53,096 nt of DNA, taken from assembly GCA_016934135.1 (NCBI GenBank), contig JAFGTK010000061.1:1-53096 (forward strand). The letters are read 5' to 3'. The notes under the pieces were generated by a model. The model was not told where the DNA came from and did no database searches. It was given only the letters and a program-made list of their open reading frames with translations. Both the position numbers and the translations under genes were made by a program. Within the stretch, counting starts at the first letter, position 1. Every line of letters begins with the position of its first letter. Shown piece by piece: positions 11,301-19,489 of this stretch. The DNA is from Deltaproteobacteria bacterium (lineage in GTDB: Bacteria; Desulfobacterota; Desulfomonilia; UBA1062).

Positions 11301-11862
11301 TGATCTGCACAGGCAGTATGAGGACATCGTTCAGGCAGGAACACGTTTGAAAGAGGTAATATCGAATATCGAAAGGCAGAGCACAAAGGCCTTTATGAGT
11401 ACCTTCCAGAAGGTCAAGGTGAATTTTCAAGAGATATTCACCGCAATCTTCGGCGGGGGCAAGGCCGATATTGTTCTCATCGATGAAGAGGGCATGGAGC
11501 CGGGAGTCGAGATATTTGCATCACCTCCTTTCAAGCGCCTTCGTTCCATGACACTCCTGTCCGAGGGAGAAAAGACCCTTTGTGCATTGAGTTTTGTCTT
11601 TGCCCTGTTTAAGGTGAGGCCATCGCCGTTTTGCATCCTCGATGAAGTCGATGCGCCCCTTGATGATGCGAATGTCATCCGTTTCAATCGGCTTATCCGC
11701 ACATTTGCAAAGGATTCTCAATTTATTATTGTAACCCATAACCGCTACACCATGGAAATGGCGGATATTATCTATGGTGTAACCTTCGATGTTCCCGGAA
11801 TCAGCAAGGTTGTCTCCTTGATATTACAGGATATGGAGGAGCAATTTATTTCTCATCAATAG
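8335..11862 (+). CDS. smc: chromosome segregation protein SMC
   Basis: 1175 aa with a GTG start. It has the KLKKVEIKGFKS N-terminus, Walker A GPNGCGKSN, long coiled coils with a central hinge, the signature LSEGEKTL and Walker B FCILDEVDAPLD. Confidence 0.96.
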   Translation: MKLKKVEIKGFKSLAKKISLTLSDGVTCIAGPNGCGKSNLIDAIRWALGEQSIRSLRAGSMSDVIFSGTQDTPSSSLAQVTLEFIRDQGYFPKSLDGFDEVSISRKLFRTGESVYFINNVKCRLKDITDIFLDTGLDRHGYAIIEQGKIKDIIQSRPEDIRYLIEEVAEVGKFRIKRADAIKRLEATSINLERIRDLLSEVSRQKEDLRGQANKAKRYQVVRYEINDLTRNLWLYELDTISAASKELEQEKQGLDDQIEAFQRQYQEYSSLIGTRTSHLAALRENMDSTGIKWNEANSRVLLAQRDIDTNQKRKKDIDATLEMIETRIEQLKNAINQAHKEYTQGRQEIDSLSSQIDGVQAELAREQESGESIYQEYRQLEDDFNHGRAKLFDSIGNARAVAQRLSSLKTRHQEVISNIQKRNEDLAEIKDKKRSLQHRLLDLDRTIQGSQDAMGKVDDRLRSVIEAMNILQGKIDKETKGLVDREKEHAQLGAKITMLERIINSGTKEASAPAAISNGTRKVADTLKVHTGFEETVGKSIGEALDFVIIHDHEEVESLLNKGDSDPGYILRQPHLKNTGEQALSRGDGVIGPLSECMEVREGFEDIVCALSQDMWVVEDIRCALMLWKQGIRSLRFVTREGIIVEPSGAVRTSSEMMKYAEGLKAKAEKEQLMVHMHLVEETIKDTSVRLEVLRSEYTALNNEKAEVNLRKEEIGKQTAGHLDSRHEILRDLERTGERESSFERDIVSWNEMAGKLNDDINAISSDKDVLDAEIEQSQSLIKSLDEKKEAAKAVYEKARQSLQENTARCNELKVAYASRRERIQGIEINLEKMNQEMEKDDLRVRELMHTHASVIGSLETSSSELKRANEEISSLQKLKEQLQPEIDDLTDGLQSLRESREQCRENMDHLEKTRNSYMLRHKEHEIAYSMSKERLVSRFGKDIQNVPDDFNPEQAREKVDSLEKRIEKMGQINFASIDAYENVQARWDDLHRQYEDIVQAGTRLKEVISNIERQSTKAFMSTFQKVKVNFQEIFTAIFGGGKADIVLIDEEGMEPGVEIFASPPFKRLRSMTLLSEGEKTLCALSFVFALFKVRPSPFCILDEVDAPLDDANVIRFNRLIRTFAKDSQFIIVTHNRYTMEMADIIYGVTFDVPGISKVVSLILQDMEEQFISHQ

Positions 11863-11965
11863 GAAAATAACTTCCTATTTTCTTATATGCTTGTTGAGAT
11901 ACCGTTTAATTTCAATATATAAGATTAGCACGTATATTGCAGGAGAAATTGGAAAGGATAGCGTT

Positions 11966-12946
11966 ATGCCACGTGTGGTTGCAGTGACATCAGGAAAAGG
12001 AGGAGTTGGTAAAAGCAATTTTGTGCTGAATGTGGGGATAAGCCTCGCCATGATGGACTCGCGCGTCCAGATCTTAGACGCTGACCTGGGCCTTGCCAAT
12101 CTGGATGTTCTTCTGGGCATCAGACCGCACAGTACACTCGAGGATGTAATGCTAGGCAGGGCTGATCTCGACGATATCGTTATCAAAACAGACTATAAGG
12201 TCAACCTGATACCCGGATGTTCAGGGACACAGGATATGGCCGATCTCTCCCAGGAGCAGATATATAATCTGGTCAAGAAAGTGAGAAATGTTTCCTCGCA
12301 GGCAGACTGTCTTCTGGTGGATACTGCCTCGGGTATCTCAACCGGGGTGATATCGTTTCTCATGGCTGTTCCCGAGGTTATTGTGGGGGTAAGCCACGAG
12401 CCCACGAGCCTTACCGATGCCTATGCCCTTATCAAGGTTCTCAAGAAAAACGGTTATTCCGGCAGGATCACCATGTTTTCAAGCATGGTAAAGAACAGTG
12501 CGGCAGGTCATGCCATATACAAGAAGATATCTTCTGCCTGTCAGCGTTTTCTCGATACACCTGTAGGGTTCCTGGGGAGTGTATACTATGATGAAAAGCT
12601 CTCCAGGGCTGTAACCGACCAGGTTCCGGCGATTGTAAGGTTTCCCACTTCAAATATATCCAGATGCTATCGCGTCATAGCATTGACCCTCCTGGGGCAG
12701 AACAATGTAGAGACCGATTATGACAAATTCTGGGCTCGACTGATCAATATGATCATGAAAGGGTCAAGGCCCAAGACCGTCAAGGCTGTATCGTTCAACG
12801 GAAACAGCGGCAACGGCTCTATAGAGAATACCATCCACAATATACTGGATGAACAGCGCAGAACCCGGTTTCTGCTTGAGAGGCTGGTAGCAAAGATTGA
12901 ACGTGATGTCGATTCCTCGGGGTCCTCACGGGGCCCTGCCATGTGA
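11966..12946 (+). CDS. MinD/ParA-family P-loop ATPase with extended C-terminal tail
   Basis: It has the deviant Walker A VVAVTSGKGGVGKSN, then ILDADLGLANLDVLLG, and a Walker B-like LLVDTASG. The ATG at 11966 has AAGGA 7 nt upstream; the ORF track start at 11891 lacks support. Confidence 0.8.
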   Translation: MPRVVAVTSGKGGVGKSNFVLNVGISLAMMDSRVQILDADLGLANLDVLLGIRPHSTLEDVMLGRADLDDIVIKTDYKVNLIPGCSGTQDMADLSQEQIYNLVKKVRNVSSQADCLLVDTASGISTGVISFLMAVPEVIVGVSHEPTSLTDAYALIKVLKKNGYSGRITMFSSMVKNSAAGHAIYKKISSACQRFLDTPVGFLGSVYYDEKLSRAVTDQVPAIVRFPTSNISRCYRVIALTLLGQNNVETDYDKFWARLINMIMKGSRPKTVKAVSFNGNSGNGSIENTIHNILDEQRRTRFLLERLVAKIERDVDSSGSSRGPAM

Positions 12947-13029
12947 CTGCATCTATCCACACCCCCTTCATAAGACTCAGGATACAGTCATTGCCGGCAT
13001 CCGGAAATCTATTGACAGGATAAGGGATA

Positions 13030-13059
13030 TTCCTGCAGGAAGTTCTCTAATGCTATAAT
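13030..13059 (+). promoter_or_regulatory. candidate sigma-70 promoter with extended -10 (TTCCTG-18 nt-TGCTATAAT) for the DUF364-moaA operon
   Basis: A perfect TGnTATAAT lies at 13051-13059 in an AT-rich spacer, about 40 nt upstream of the first in-frame ATG. Confidence 0.35.
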
Positions 13060-13096
13060 ATATATACAGATACATATATTTGACAAAACATACTTG

Positions 13097-13864
13097 ATGT
13101 CATATTACAGATGTAACATGAAACAGCTTCTTAAGACGGTTTCAGACACTGAAAAGCAACTGAGAATAGATCAGGTTGTACTGGGGCTGGGGTATATTGC
13201 GGTCGAGCTTGAAGACAGCAGGGTAGGGCTCAGTGCAAATATCGCGGATACTTCCATGTCGGGATGTTCCGTGTTCAGCAGGGCAGGATCCCTTAAGGGA
13301 TCATCTGTCGCCGAAATATTAGACTTGGGTGTGCAGGACAACCTCCTTTCCAGGGCAATCGCCCTTGCTGCTGTCAATGCAGTCAGCAATACTGCGGGGC
13401 TTGCCCCCGGGGTGGATGTGTTTGAACGCATGGCTGTACAGAGTGGCGAGCATGTTGCTATGGTAGGTTTTATTGCACCGGTTGCACAGATGCTTAAAAA
13501 GGCGGGAGCCGAGGTAAGCGTCTTTGAAAAGAGAACTCTCGAATCCGCGGTTATAAGGCCGGAAACGGAAATGGCCCTGGCATTTGCCGAGGCGGATATT
13601 ATAATATTGAGTGCAACGACTATCATTAACAATACCATCTATGAACTTCTAACACTGCCGAACACGGCACGCGATGTTATCCTTATGGGGCCGTCAACGC
13701 CCATGATTCCAGATGTCTTTATATCTACTCCAGTCACCTATCTGGCAGGCTCAGCAGTGACTGACGGCAGAAAGGCACTACAGATTGTTATGGAAGGAGG
13801 GGGCACACAGGTGTTGTATCGAGCCGATGCCATGAAAAAGATACACCAGGAGGTACATCAATGA
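13097..13864 (+). CDS. DUF4213/DUF364 domain protein (putative metal/cofactor-chelation Rossmann-like protein)
   Basis: The N-terminal V.LGLGY.AVEL.D...GLS pattern and the C-terminal Rossmann-like half (VAMVGFIAP...ADIIILSATTIINNT) match this family. The start is ambiguous among 13094 TTG, 13097 ATG and 13118 ATG. The stop overlaps the moaA start (ATGA). Confidence 0.7.
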   Translation: MSYYRCNMKQLLKTVSDTEKQLRIDQVVLGLGYIAVELEDSRVGLSANIADTSMSGCSVFSRAGSLKGSSVAEILDLGVQDNLLSRAIALAAVNAVSNTAGLAPGVDVFERMAVQSGEHVAMVGFIAPVAQMLKKAGAEVSVFEKRTLESAVIRPETEMALAFAEADIIILSATTIINNTIYELLTLPNTARDVILMGPSTPMIPDVFISTPVTYLAGSAVTDGRKALQIVMEGGGTQVLYRADAMKKIHQEVHQ

Positions 13865-14862
13865 CGCCCCTTATCGACACCCATGAGCGACGGATCAAAT
13901 ATCTGAGGATATCCATAACCGACCGGTGTAATTTCCGGTGCAGGTATTGCATGCCCTCGGGCGGTATAGAGTGGCTTCCTCATGAAAGCATCATGAAATA
14001 TGAGGAATACCTGCGCATTCTAAGGATTTGCATACCCCGCGGTGTGGAGAAGGTGCGAATTACCGGAGGGGAGCCCCTTGTCAGAAAAGGCTTGGCAGAT
14101 TTCATTGCTTCGGTGAAAAGCATTGACGGCCTCAGGGAGCTTTCCCTGACAACGAACGGTGTTTTATTGCCGATGCAGGCTCCTGACCTGAAACGTGCCG
14201 GGCTTGACCGGGTAAATATCAGCCTCGATACGTTGGACAGGGATAAGTTCTCGTATATAACCAGGGTAAATGCTTTTGATCAGGTCAAAGAGGGGATTAT
14301 GACTGCACTTGAATACGGATTCTCCCCTGTCAAGATCAATGTTGTTGCCATAAGGGGCTTTAATGATGATGAAATTCCTGCATTTGCCGCATTGACTCTG
14401 GATAGACCTGTGGAGGTCCGTTTTATCGAACTCATGCCCATGGGTTGCGCCTCCCGGTATGGAGAGCGAGAGGTCATCTCATCTGAAGAGATCAGGCGTA
14501 TAATCGAAGGCCGGTATGGAAAGATGGCTCCTGTGGAATATAACCATGGACCTGCAAAGGTATACCAGATCCAGGGATCTCAGGGGAAAATCGGCCTGAT
14601 TGGAGCAATGAGCGAGTACTCGTTCTGCAGCACATGCAACCGCATTCGTATTACAGCTAACGGAAGCCTCCGGCCGTGCCTGTTTTCCGATGACCATATT
14701 GATCTTTTATCACCGATGCGCAAGGGTATATCGGATATTGAACTCAATGAACTGATTGAAGAAGGTGTGAGGCTCAAGCAGAGATCTCATGGTATGTGCA
14801 TGGGACAACATGTTGCTCCGCATCAGGGTTGTGATGCATTAATGAATACCATCGGCGGATGA
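13861..14862 (+). CDS. moaA: GTP 3',8-cyclase (molybdenum cofactor biosynthesis protein A)
   Basis: It has LRISITDRCNFRCRYCMP (CX3CX2C), a second C-terminal cluster (CSTCNRIRITANGSLRPC) and the conserved C-terminal Gly-Gly tail. Confidence 0.93.
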   Translation: MTPLIDTHERRIKYLRISITDRCNFRCRYCMPSGGIEWLPHESIMKYEEYLRILRICIPRGVEKVRITGGEPLVRKGLADFIASVKSIDGLRELSLTTNGVLLPMQAPDLKRAGLDRVNISLDTLDRDKFSYITRVNAFDQVKEGIMTALEYGFSPVKINVVAIRGFNDDEIPAFAALTLDRPVEVRFIELMPMGCASRYGEREVISSEEIRRIIEGRYGKMAPVEYNHGPAKVYQIQGSQGKIGLIGAMSEYSFCSTCNRIRITANGSLRPCLFSDDHIDLLSPMRKGISDIELNELIEEGVRLKQRSHGMCMGQHVAPHQGCDALMNTIGG

Positions 14863-14866
14863 TGGA

Positions 14867-15223
14867 TTACTGATTCGCCCGGTTCCTTGCATTATCGACA
14901 AGTCTATTGAAGGAAATCAGATCGTTTTTGAACAGGATCTTGTTGGTATTCAAAAACAGCAGACCTGTTTTTTTACTGGGGACCTCATTGGGAGACACCC
15001 ACACTACCTTGCAGTACAGTGATATATCGGGATTGTCCTCTGGATGTTCTATCGCAAGACGAACAACTGAGTCTAAAGGCAGATCTGCTCCCTCGATACA
15101 TACGCCTTCTTCGGTTGCATTGATAATGGTGATGGATTTTATCTTTTCCTGGTGTTCTATGGCTCCGATCATATCATGCAGCCGTATTCTCTCTAAGGTA
15201 CGTTTTTCTTTCTCGTTGCGCAT
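14867..15223 (-). CDS. PilZ-domain protein (putative c-di-GMP receptor)
   Basis: 118 aa with an RxxxR-like motif (RTLER) followed about 25 aa later by NATEEG, resembling the (D/N)xSxxG PilZ motif. The rest looks like a beta-barrel pattern. Confidence 0.55.
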   Translation of the reverse strand: MRNEKEKRTLERIRLHDMIGAIEHQEKIKSITIINATEEGVCIEGADLPLDSVVRLAIEHPEDNPDISLYCKVVWVSPNEVPSKKTGLLFLNTNKILFKNDLISFNRLVDNARNRANQ

Positions 15224-15400
15224 GGTGTCAATATATCTTCAAAAGACAGTGTATGTCAAGGGTTGATACTGCCGGTGATGATTTGCAAATGTGCCCGAGC
15301 AGATTATTATTCCTAAAAGCCAAAGGTTTTTTATCCGAATCGTCTGGCTGATATTCATGTATTGGCGGGCCCGGCATGGATAACAAAAAAGGGGGTTTAA

Positions 15401-17035
15401 ATGATACGTGATATTAAGGAAATGTCTTTAAAGGAGTTTGATGTCCTGATCATAGGAGGGGGAATTACCGGGGCATTTATTGCCTGGGACGCGTCCCTGA
15501 GAGGGCTTAAGACTGCACTTCTCGACAAAGGCGATTTTGGTGCCGCCACATCTGCGGCCACATCCAAACTTATACACGGCGGACTGCGTTATCTGAAAAC
15601 CCTTGAGGTAGGACTAGTGCGGGAATCTCTTCAGGAAAGACGAATCATGGAGATCATTGCGCCGCATCTCGTGTATCCACTGCCTTTCGTATTTCCTGCA
15701 TATGGATGGGGAAAGAGAGGGTTGCCTGCAGCCTTGTCCGCAATGGTATTTTACGACACACTCTCATATGACAGGCGATGGATCAATGACGACGACAAAA
15801 AGATCCCCGGTCACGAAAAGTTTTCAGCACAAGAGATCCTTCAGATGGAACCCGTTCTTTCCCCGGAAGATCTCAAGGGCGGGGTTATCTACTATGACTG
15901 TCAGATGTATAATCCGGAAAGGCTCACCTTGGAGCCGATTCTTTCAGCTGTGGAATACGGTGCCTGCGTGGCCAATTATGCCTTGGTGGAAGACCTCATA
16001 GTGAATGGCGATACCATAGAAGGTGCTCGTGTACTGGATACTATGAATGGCAGGATGTATGAGATCAAGGCAAGAGTAACGGTAAATGCATCAGGGCCGT
16101 GGGCAGACCTTCTGCTTGGGAAAATACGAGGGAAGAAACACCATCGCCTTGTTCGGTCAAAAGGGATTCATATTATCACCAGGGCACTGCATAAAGACCA
16201 TGCCATGGTGTTACAGACGCTCAGCGGACGGCATTTTTTTGTCCTGCCGTGGAGAGGGTATAGTCTCATCGGCACCACAGATGTCGCTTACAAGGGATCC
16301 CCTGATGATTTCAAGGTGACGCGCAAGGATATTTCTGATTTCCTGGATGAAATCAACAAGACCATTCCAGCTGCACGGCTCAGCGAAAACGATGTGCTGT
16401 TTCAATACGGAGGGCTGAGGCCTATCGTGGAGAAGGAGACAAGCGTGGAGATAGAGGTGTACGATGCCTCGAGAAAGTATGAACTCTATGACCATGAAAA
16501 AGATGAAGGCATAAAGGGATTTGTAACCGCCATAGGCGGCAAGTATACAACATCGAGAAACATGGCGCGGCAGCTTGTGGATATCATCTGCAGGAAACTC
16601 GGACGCGACCCGCTGGTATGCCTTACCCACACCACCCCGTTGTACGGCGGAGAGATCGGGAGGTTTGCAAGTTTTGTGGATCGTGCCAGAAAAAAGATGG
16701 CCGGCGGTCTAAGCGATGATGTTATCGAGAATCTGTGTCGGAATTATGGTTCAAGATATCCTGATGTCATTGAAAGGGCACCGAAGAAATATCTGGAAAG
16801 GATCTGTCAGCAGTTTCCCGATATCATGGCAGAGATTCTTTATGCTGTTCATAAGGAAATGGCTGTTTCTTTGAGCGATGTTCTGTTCAGGCGTACCGGC
16901 CTTTGCACACTGGGCAATCCCGGGCATGACGTCATAGAAAAGGTGGCGGATCTTATGGGGCGCGAACTTAAATGGAAGAGATCGAGAAAGAACAAAGAAA
17001 TAGAAAAAGTTCTTGATATGTTTGAACCTGCATGA
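15401..17035 (+). CDS. FAD-dependent glycerol-3-phosphate dehydrogenase/oxidase family protein
   Basis: It has the dinucleotide-binding FDVLIIGGGITGAFIAWDASLRGLKTALLDKGDFGAATSAATSKLIHGGLRYL motif and a GlpD-like C-terminal helical domain. An AAAGGGGG Shine-Dalgarno precedes the start. Confidence 0.8.
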   Translation: MIRDIKEMSLKEFDVLIIGGGITGAFIAWDASLRGLKTALLDKGDFGAATSAATSKLIHGGLRYLKTLEVGLVRESLQERRIMEIIAPHLVYPLPFVFPAYGWGKRGLPAALSAMVFYDTLSYDRRWINDDDKKIPGHEKFSAQEILQMEPVLSPEDLKGGVIYYDCQMYNPERLTLEPILSAVEYGACVANYALVEDLIVNGDTIEGARVLDTMNGRMYEIKARVTVNASGPWADLLLGKIRGKKHHRLVRSKGIHIITRALHKDHAMVLQTLSGRHFFVLPWRGYSLIGTTDVAYKGSPDDFKVTRKDISDFLDEINKTIPAARLSENDVLFQYGGLRPIVEKETSVEIEVYDASRKYELYDHEKDEGIKGFVTAIGGKYTTSRNMARQLVDIICRKLGRDPLVCLTHTTPLYGGEIGRFASFVDRARKKMAGGLSDDVIENLCRNYGSRYPDVIERAPKKYLERICQQFPDIMAEILYAVHKEMAVSLSDVLFRRTGLCTLGNPGHDVIEKVADLMGRELKWKRSRKNKEIEKVLDMFEPA

Positions 17036-17099
17036 ATCACCTTGCAATATCACCACGGTCCTGCTTACTGTACAACAAAGAGAAAAGAGAACTAACAGC

Positions 17100-18443
17100 A
17101 TGAAAGGAAAAAAGGTTCTCCTTGTAAATCCCTGGATTCATGACTTTGCCGCATATGACCTGTGGGCCAAACCCATGGGCCTTCTCTACATAGGGTCTAT
17201 TCTCAGAAGAAATGGCTGCGAGGTGTCGTATATAGACTGTCTGAGGTCACCACATCCCTGCATGAAGGCAAAGGAGCCCAAGGTAGCCAAAGAGGGGCAT
17301 GGAAAGTATTACAGGCAGATTATAGAAAAACCTGTTCAGCTAAAGGATATCAAAAGGAACTACAGCAGGTATGGGATCAGTATCGAGACCTTCGAACATG
17401 ACCTTTCCTGCGTGCAGAGTCCGGATGCTGTGCTGGTCACCTCTTTGATGACCTACTGGTATCCAGGTGTTATTGAGTCCATAATGTGCATAAAAAAGGT
17501 CCTTGAAGGTGTTCCCGTGATCCTGGGAGGTATCTATGCCACCTTATGCTCTGACCATGCACGGAGATATTCCGGTGCCGATCATGTCATAGCAGGCGAA
17601 GGGGAGCTAGGAATACTCTCTTTTCTGGAAAAACTCTGGGGGGATAAGGCATCCTTTGTCCCGGATATGTCGAATCTGGACACACTTGACTACCCGTGCT
17701 TCGACCTCATCGATGATCTGCGATATGTATGCATACAGACCTCAAGAGGATGTCCTTTCAACTGCACCTATTGTGCATCCCATTATCTCAGCCCCTGCCT
17801 GCGCAGGAGGGATCCCCATAAGGTGGTCGAAGAGATCGCATGGTGGAGAAGGGAAAAAGCTGTCAAAGATTTTGCCTTCTATGACGATGCCCTGCTTTAC
17901 CAGAGCGAGTCCTTTGCCCTTCCCATAATGAGGGAGATCATAAAAAAAGGTCTTGATGTACGTTTTCACTGTCCAAACGGGCTTCACATACGCTCGATAA
18001 CAAAAGAGGTGGCATCGTCAATGAAAGAATGCGGGTTTTCCACTGTTCGGCTGGGGTTCGAAACCAGTGATCCTCTTCGCCAGAAGATGTCGGGAGGAAA
18101 GGTCACGAATGAGGATTTTCTCCGCTGTGTGGAAAATTTATGCGAGGCGGGTTTTCCTTCCAGGTATATCGGCGTATACATCCTGTGCGGCCTGCCGGGC
18201 CAGAAGGCACAGGAGGTGTTCGATGCGGTGAGTCTGGTCAAAAGCGTAGGGGCGAGAGCGATGATAACGGAATATTCCCCCATACCCCATACAAAAGATT
18301 ACGAGGCTGCCCTGCGGATGAGCCCGTATAACATCGCAGAAGATCCTTTATTCCATAACAACTCATTTTTTTCCTGCAGATGGGATGGGTTGACCTATGA
18401 AGACTATCGGCAGATCAAGAATGCCGCCCGTGCGAAACCATAG
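17100..18443 (+). CDS. B12-binding-domain radical SAM protein (class B-like)
   Basis: The N-terminal KKVLLVNP...GLLYIGSILRRNGCEVSYIDC is a B12-binding-like domain, followed by IQTSRGCPFNCTYCAS (CX3CX2C). The ATG at 17100 is chosen over the ORF-track start at 17013, which overlaps the upstream gene. Confidence 0.8.
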   Translation: MKGKKVLLVNPWIHDFAAYDLWAKPMGLLYIGSILRRNGCEVSYIDCLRSPHPCMKAKEPKVAKEGHGKYYRQIIEKPVQLKDIKRNYSRYGISIETFEHDLSCVQSPDAVLVTSLMTYWYPGVIESIMCIKKVLEGVPVILGGIYATLCSDHARRYSGADHVIAGEGELGILSFLEKLWGDKASFVPDMSNLDTLDYPCFDLIDDLRYVCIQTSRGCPFNCTYCASHYLSPCLRRRDPHKVVEEIAWWRREKAVKDFAFYDDALLYQSESFALPIMREIIKKGLDVRFHCPNGLHIRSITKEVASSMKECGFSTVRLGFETSDPLRQKMSGGKVTNEDFLRCVENLCEAGFPSRYIGVYILCGLPGQKAQEVFDAVSLVKSVGARAMITEYSPIPHTKDYEAALRMSPYNIAEDPLFHNNSFFSCRWDGLTYEDYRQIKNAARAKP

Positions 18444-18493
18444 CAAAACCATTCCCTGAGTTTCTGTAAACGGTTAGTTCTGTTGCGGCCCTA

Positions 18494-19246
18494 TTAAAAA
18501 AGCCTTGCCGTACGAACAAATTCCTGAAAACCTTCTCTCTCGTATTGAAGGGCCTGTTTTACAGAGACCTCGTTACGCTTCTCGATCAAACCCTTTATCT
18601 TTATGAGGATTTCCTGGTTCACCGAGCATATGTCCCGGGCTATCTCAAGGGCGCGAGGTACCAGTTCTGGATGAGGCACCACCTCGTTTACCAGCCCGCA
18701 TGCAAAGGCATCTGCTGCGGACAGCGGTCTGCACGTAAACGACATTTGTTTGGCCATCCTCTGCCCTACAGACTGCTGAAGCAGCTGTGTCATCCCCCAT
18801 CCGGGATGGATACCCACCTTTGCGTGGGAATCGATAAACCTGGCATTTTCCGATGCAATGAGAAAGTCACAGTTGAGCGCAAGTTCAAATCCTCCGGTTA
18901 TGGCATTGCCGTTTATTGCGCCGAGGATCGGTTTGTTGCAGGCACTGAAGACATCCGGCATGTCTTTCCCGTCACCTCTGGGATCAAGGAGATTGTCCTT
19001 GCCGATAACACTCAGATCGATCCCGGAACAGAACGACTTGCCGTTTCCAGTAATCACGGCAACCCTTATCTCCGGGCTCTGCGCAACTTCGTCCAGGTAA
19101 TCATATAGATGGACAAGCAGGTCCTGACAGATAGAGTTATGCCTATCAGGGCGGTTCAGGGTAATCAGTGCAACACCTTCGGTTACATCTAACAATACGG
19201 TTTTTTCCACAGCAGGACTCCTTTCCTTACAACGGTTATCATTCAA
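18494..19246 (-). CDS. enoyl-CoA hydratase/isomerase (crotonase) family protein
   Basis: It shows the crotonase-fold pattern: ALITLNRPDRHNS, VITGNGKSFCSGIDL, AINGNAITGGFELALNCDF. Confidence 0.85.
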   Translation of the reverse strand: MNDNRCKERSPAVEKTVLLDVTEGVALITLNRPDRHNSICQDLLVHLYDYLDEVAQSPEIRVAVITGNGKSFCSGIDLSVIGKDNLLDPRGDGKDMPDVFSACNKPILGAINGNAITGGFELALNCDFLIASENARFIDSHAKVGIHPGWGMTQLLQQSVGQRMAKQMSFTCRPLSAADAFACGLVNEVVPHPELVPRALEIARDICSVNQEILIKIKGLIEKRNEVSVKQALQYEREGFQEFVRTARLF

Positions 19247-19415
19247 AGATATGACCGCGCAAGCCCCAACTGCATGACAGGAGCGTTTGTTCCGTCCTGT
19301 CGAACATCTTTTTTCTGGGCATTTTTATTCACATTTCGGGAAAAATTATTACCACTTTACATACCCGGACATGTTTGTTTTCAGGCAAGTGTATGGAAAA
19401 TATAGTATGTTGTTC

Positions 19416-19430
19416 TGGCATGCATATTGC
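19416..19430 (+). promoter_or_regulatory. candidate sigma-54 (-24/-12) promoter CTGGCATGCATATTGCC
   Basis: GG (19417-18) and GC (19429-30) are exactly 12 nt apart within TGGCAT-N5-TTGC. The element lies 60 nt upstream of the 5'-nucleotidase start codon and is correctly oriented. Confidence 0.4.
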
Positions 19431-19489
19431 CATATAAACATTGTCATCAACGTATACTGCCAAAGATTAACCATATGAGGAGGGTTCCT

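Noticed and set aside
11860-11883. A small hairpin, TAGGAA-AATAAC-TTCCTA, followed by TTTTCTT at the end of smc, considered as an intrinsic terminator.
   Set aside because: The stem is only 6 bp, AT-rich, and overlaps the stop codon. It is too weak to call.
12947-13096. A Moco riboswitch upstream of the DUF364-moaA operon, and a leaderless start at 13118 driven by TTGACA-17-TATTAC (13080-13108).
   Set aside because: The spacer is AT-rich and short. After the better extended -10 promoter at 13051-13059, only about 40-50 nt of leader remain, which is too little for the ~130-nt Moco motif. The second promoter is weaker, so the leaderless idea is not favoured.
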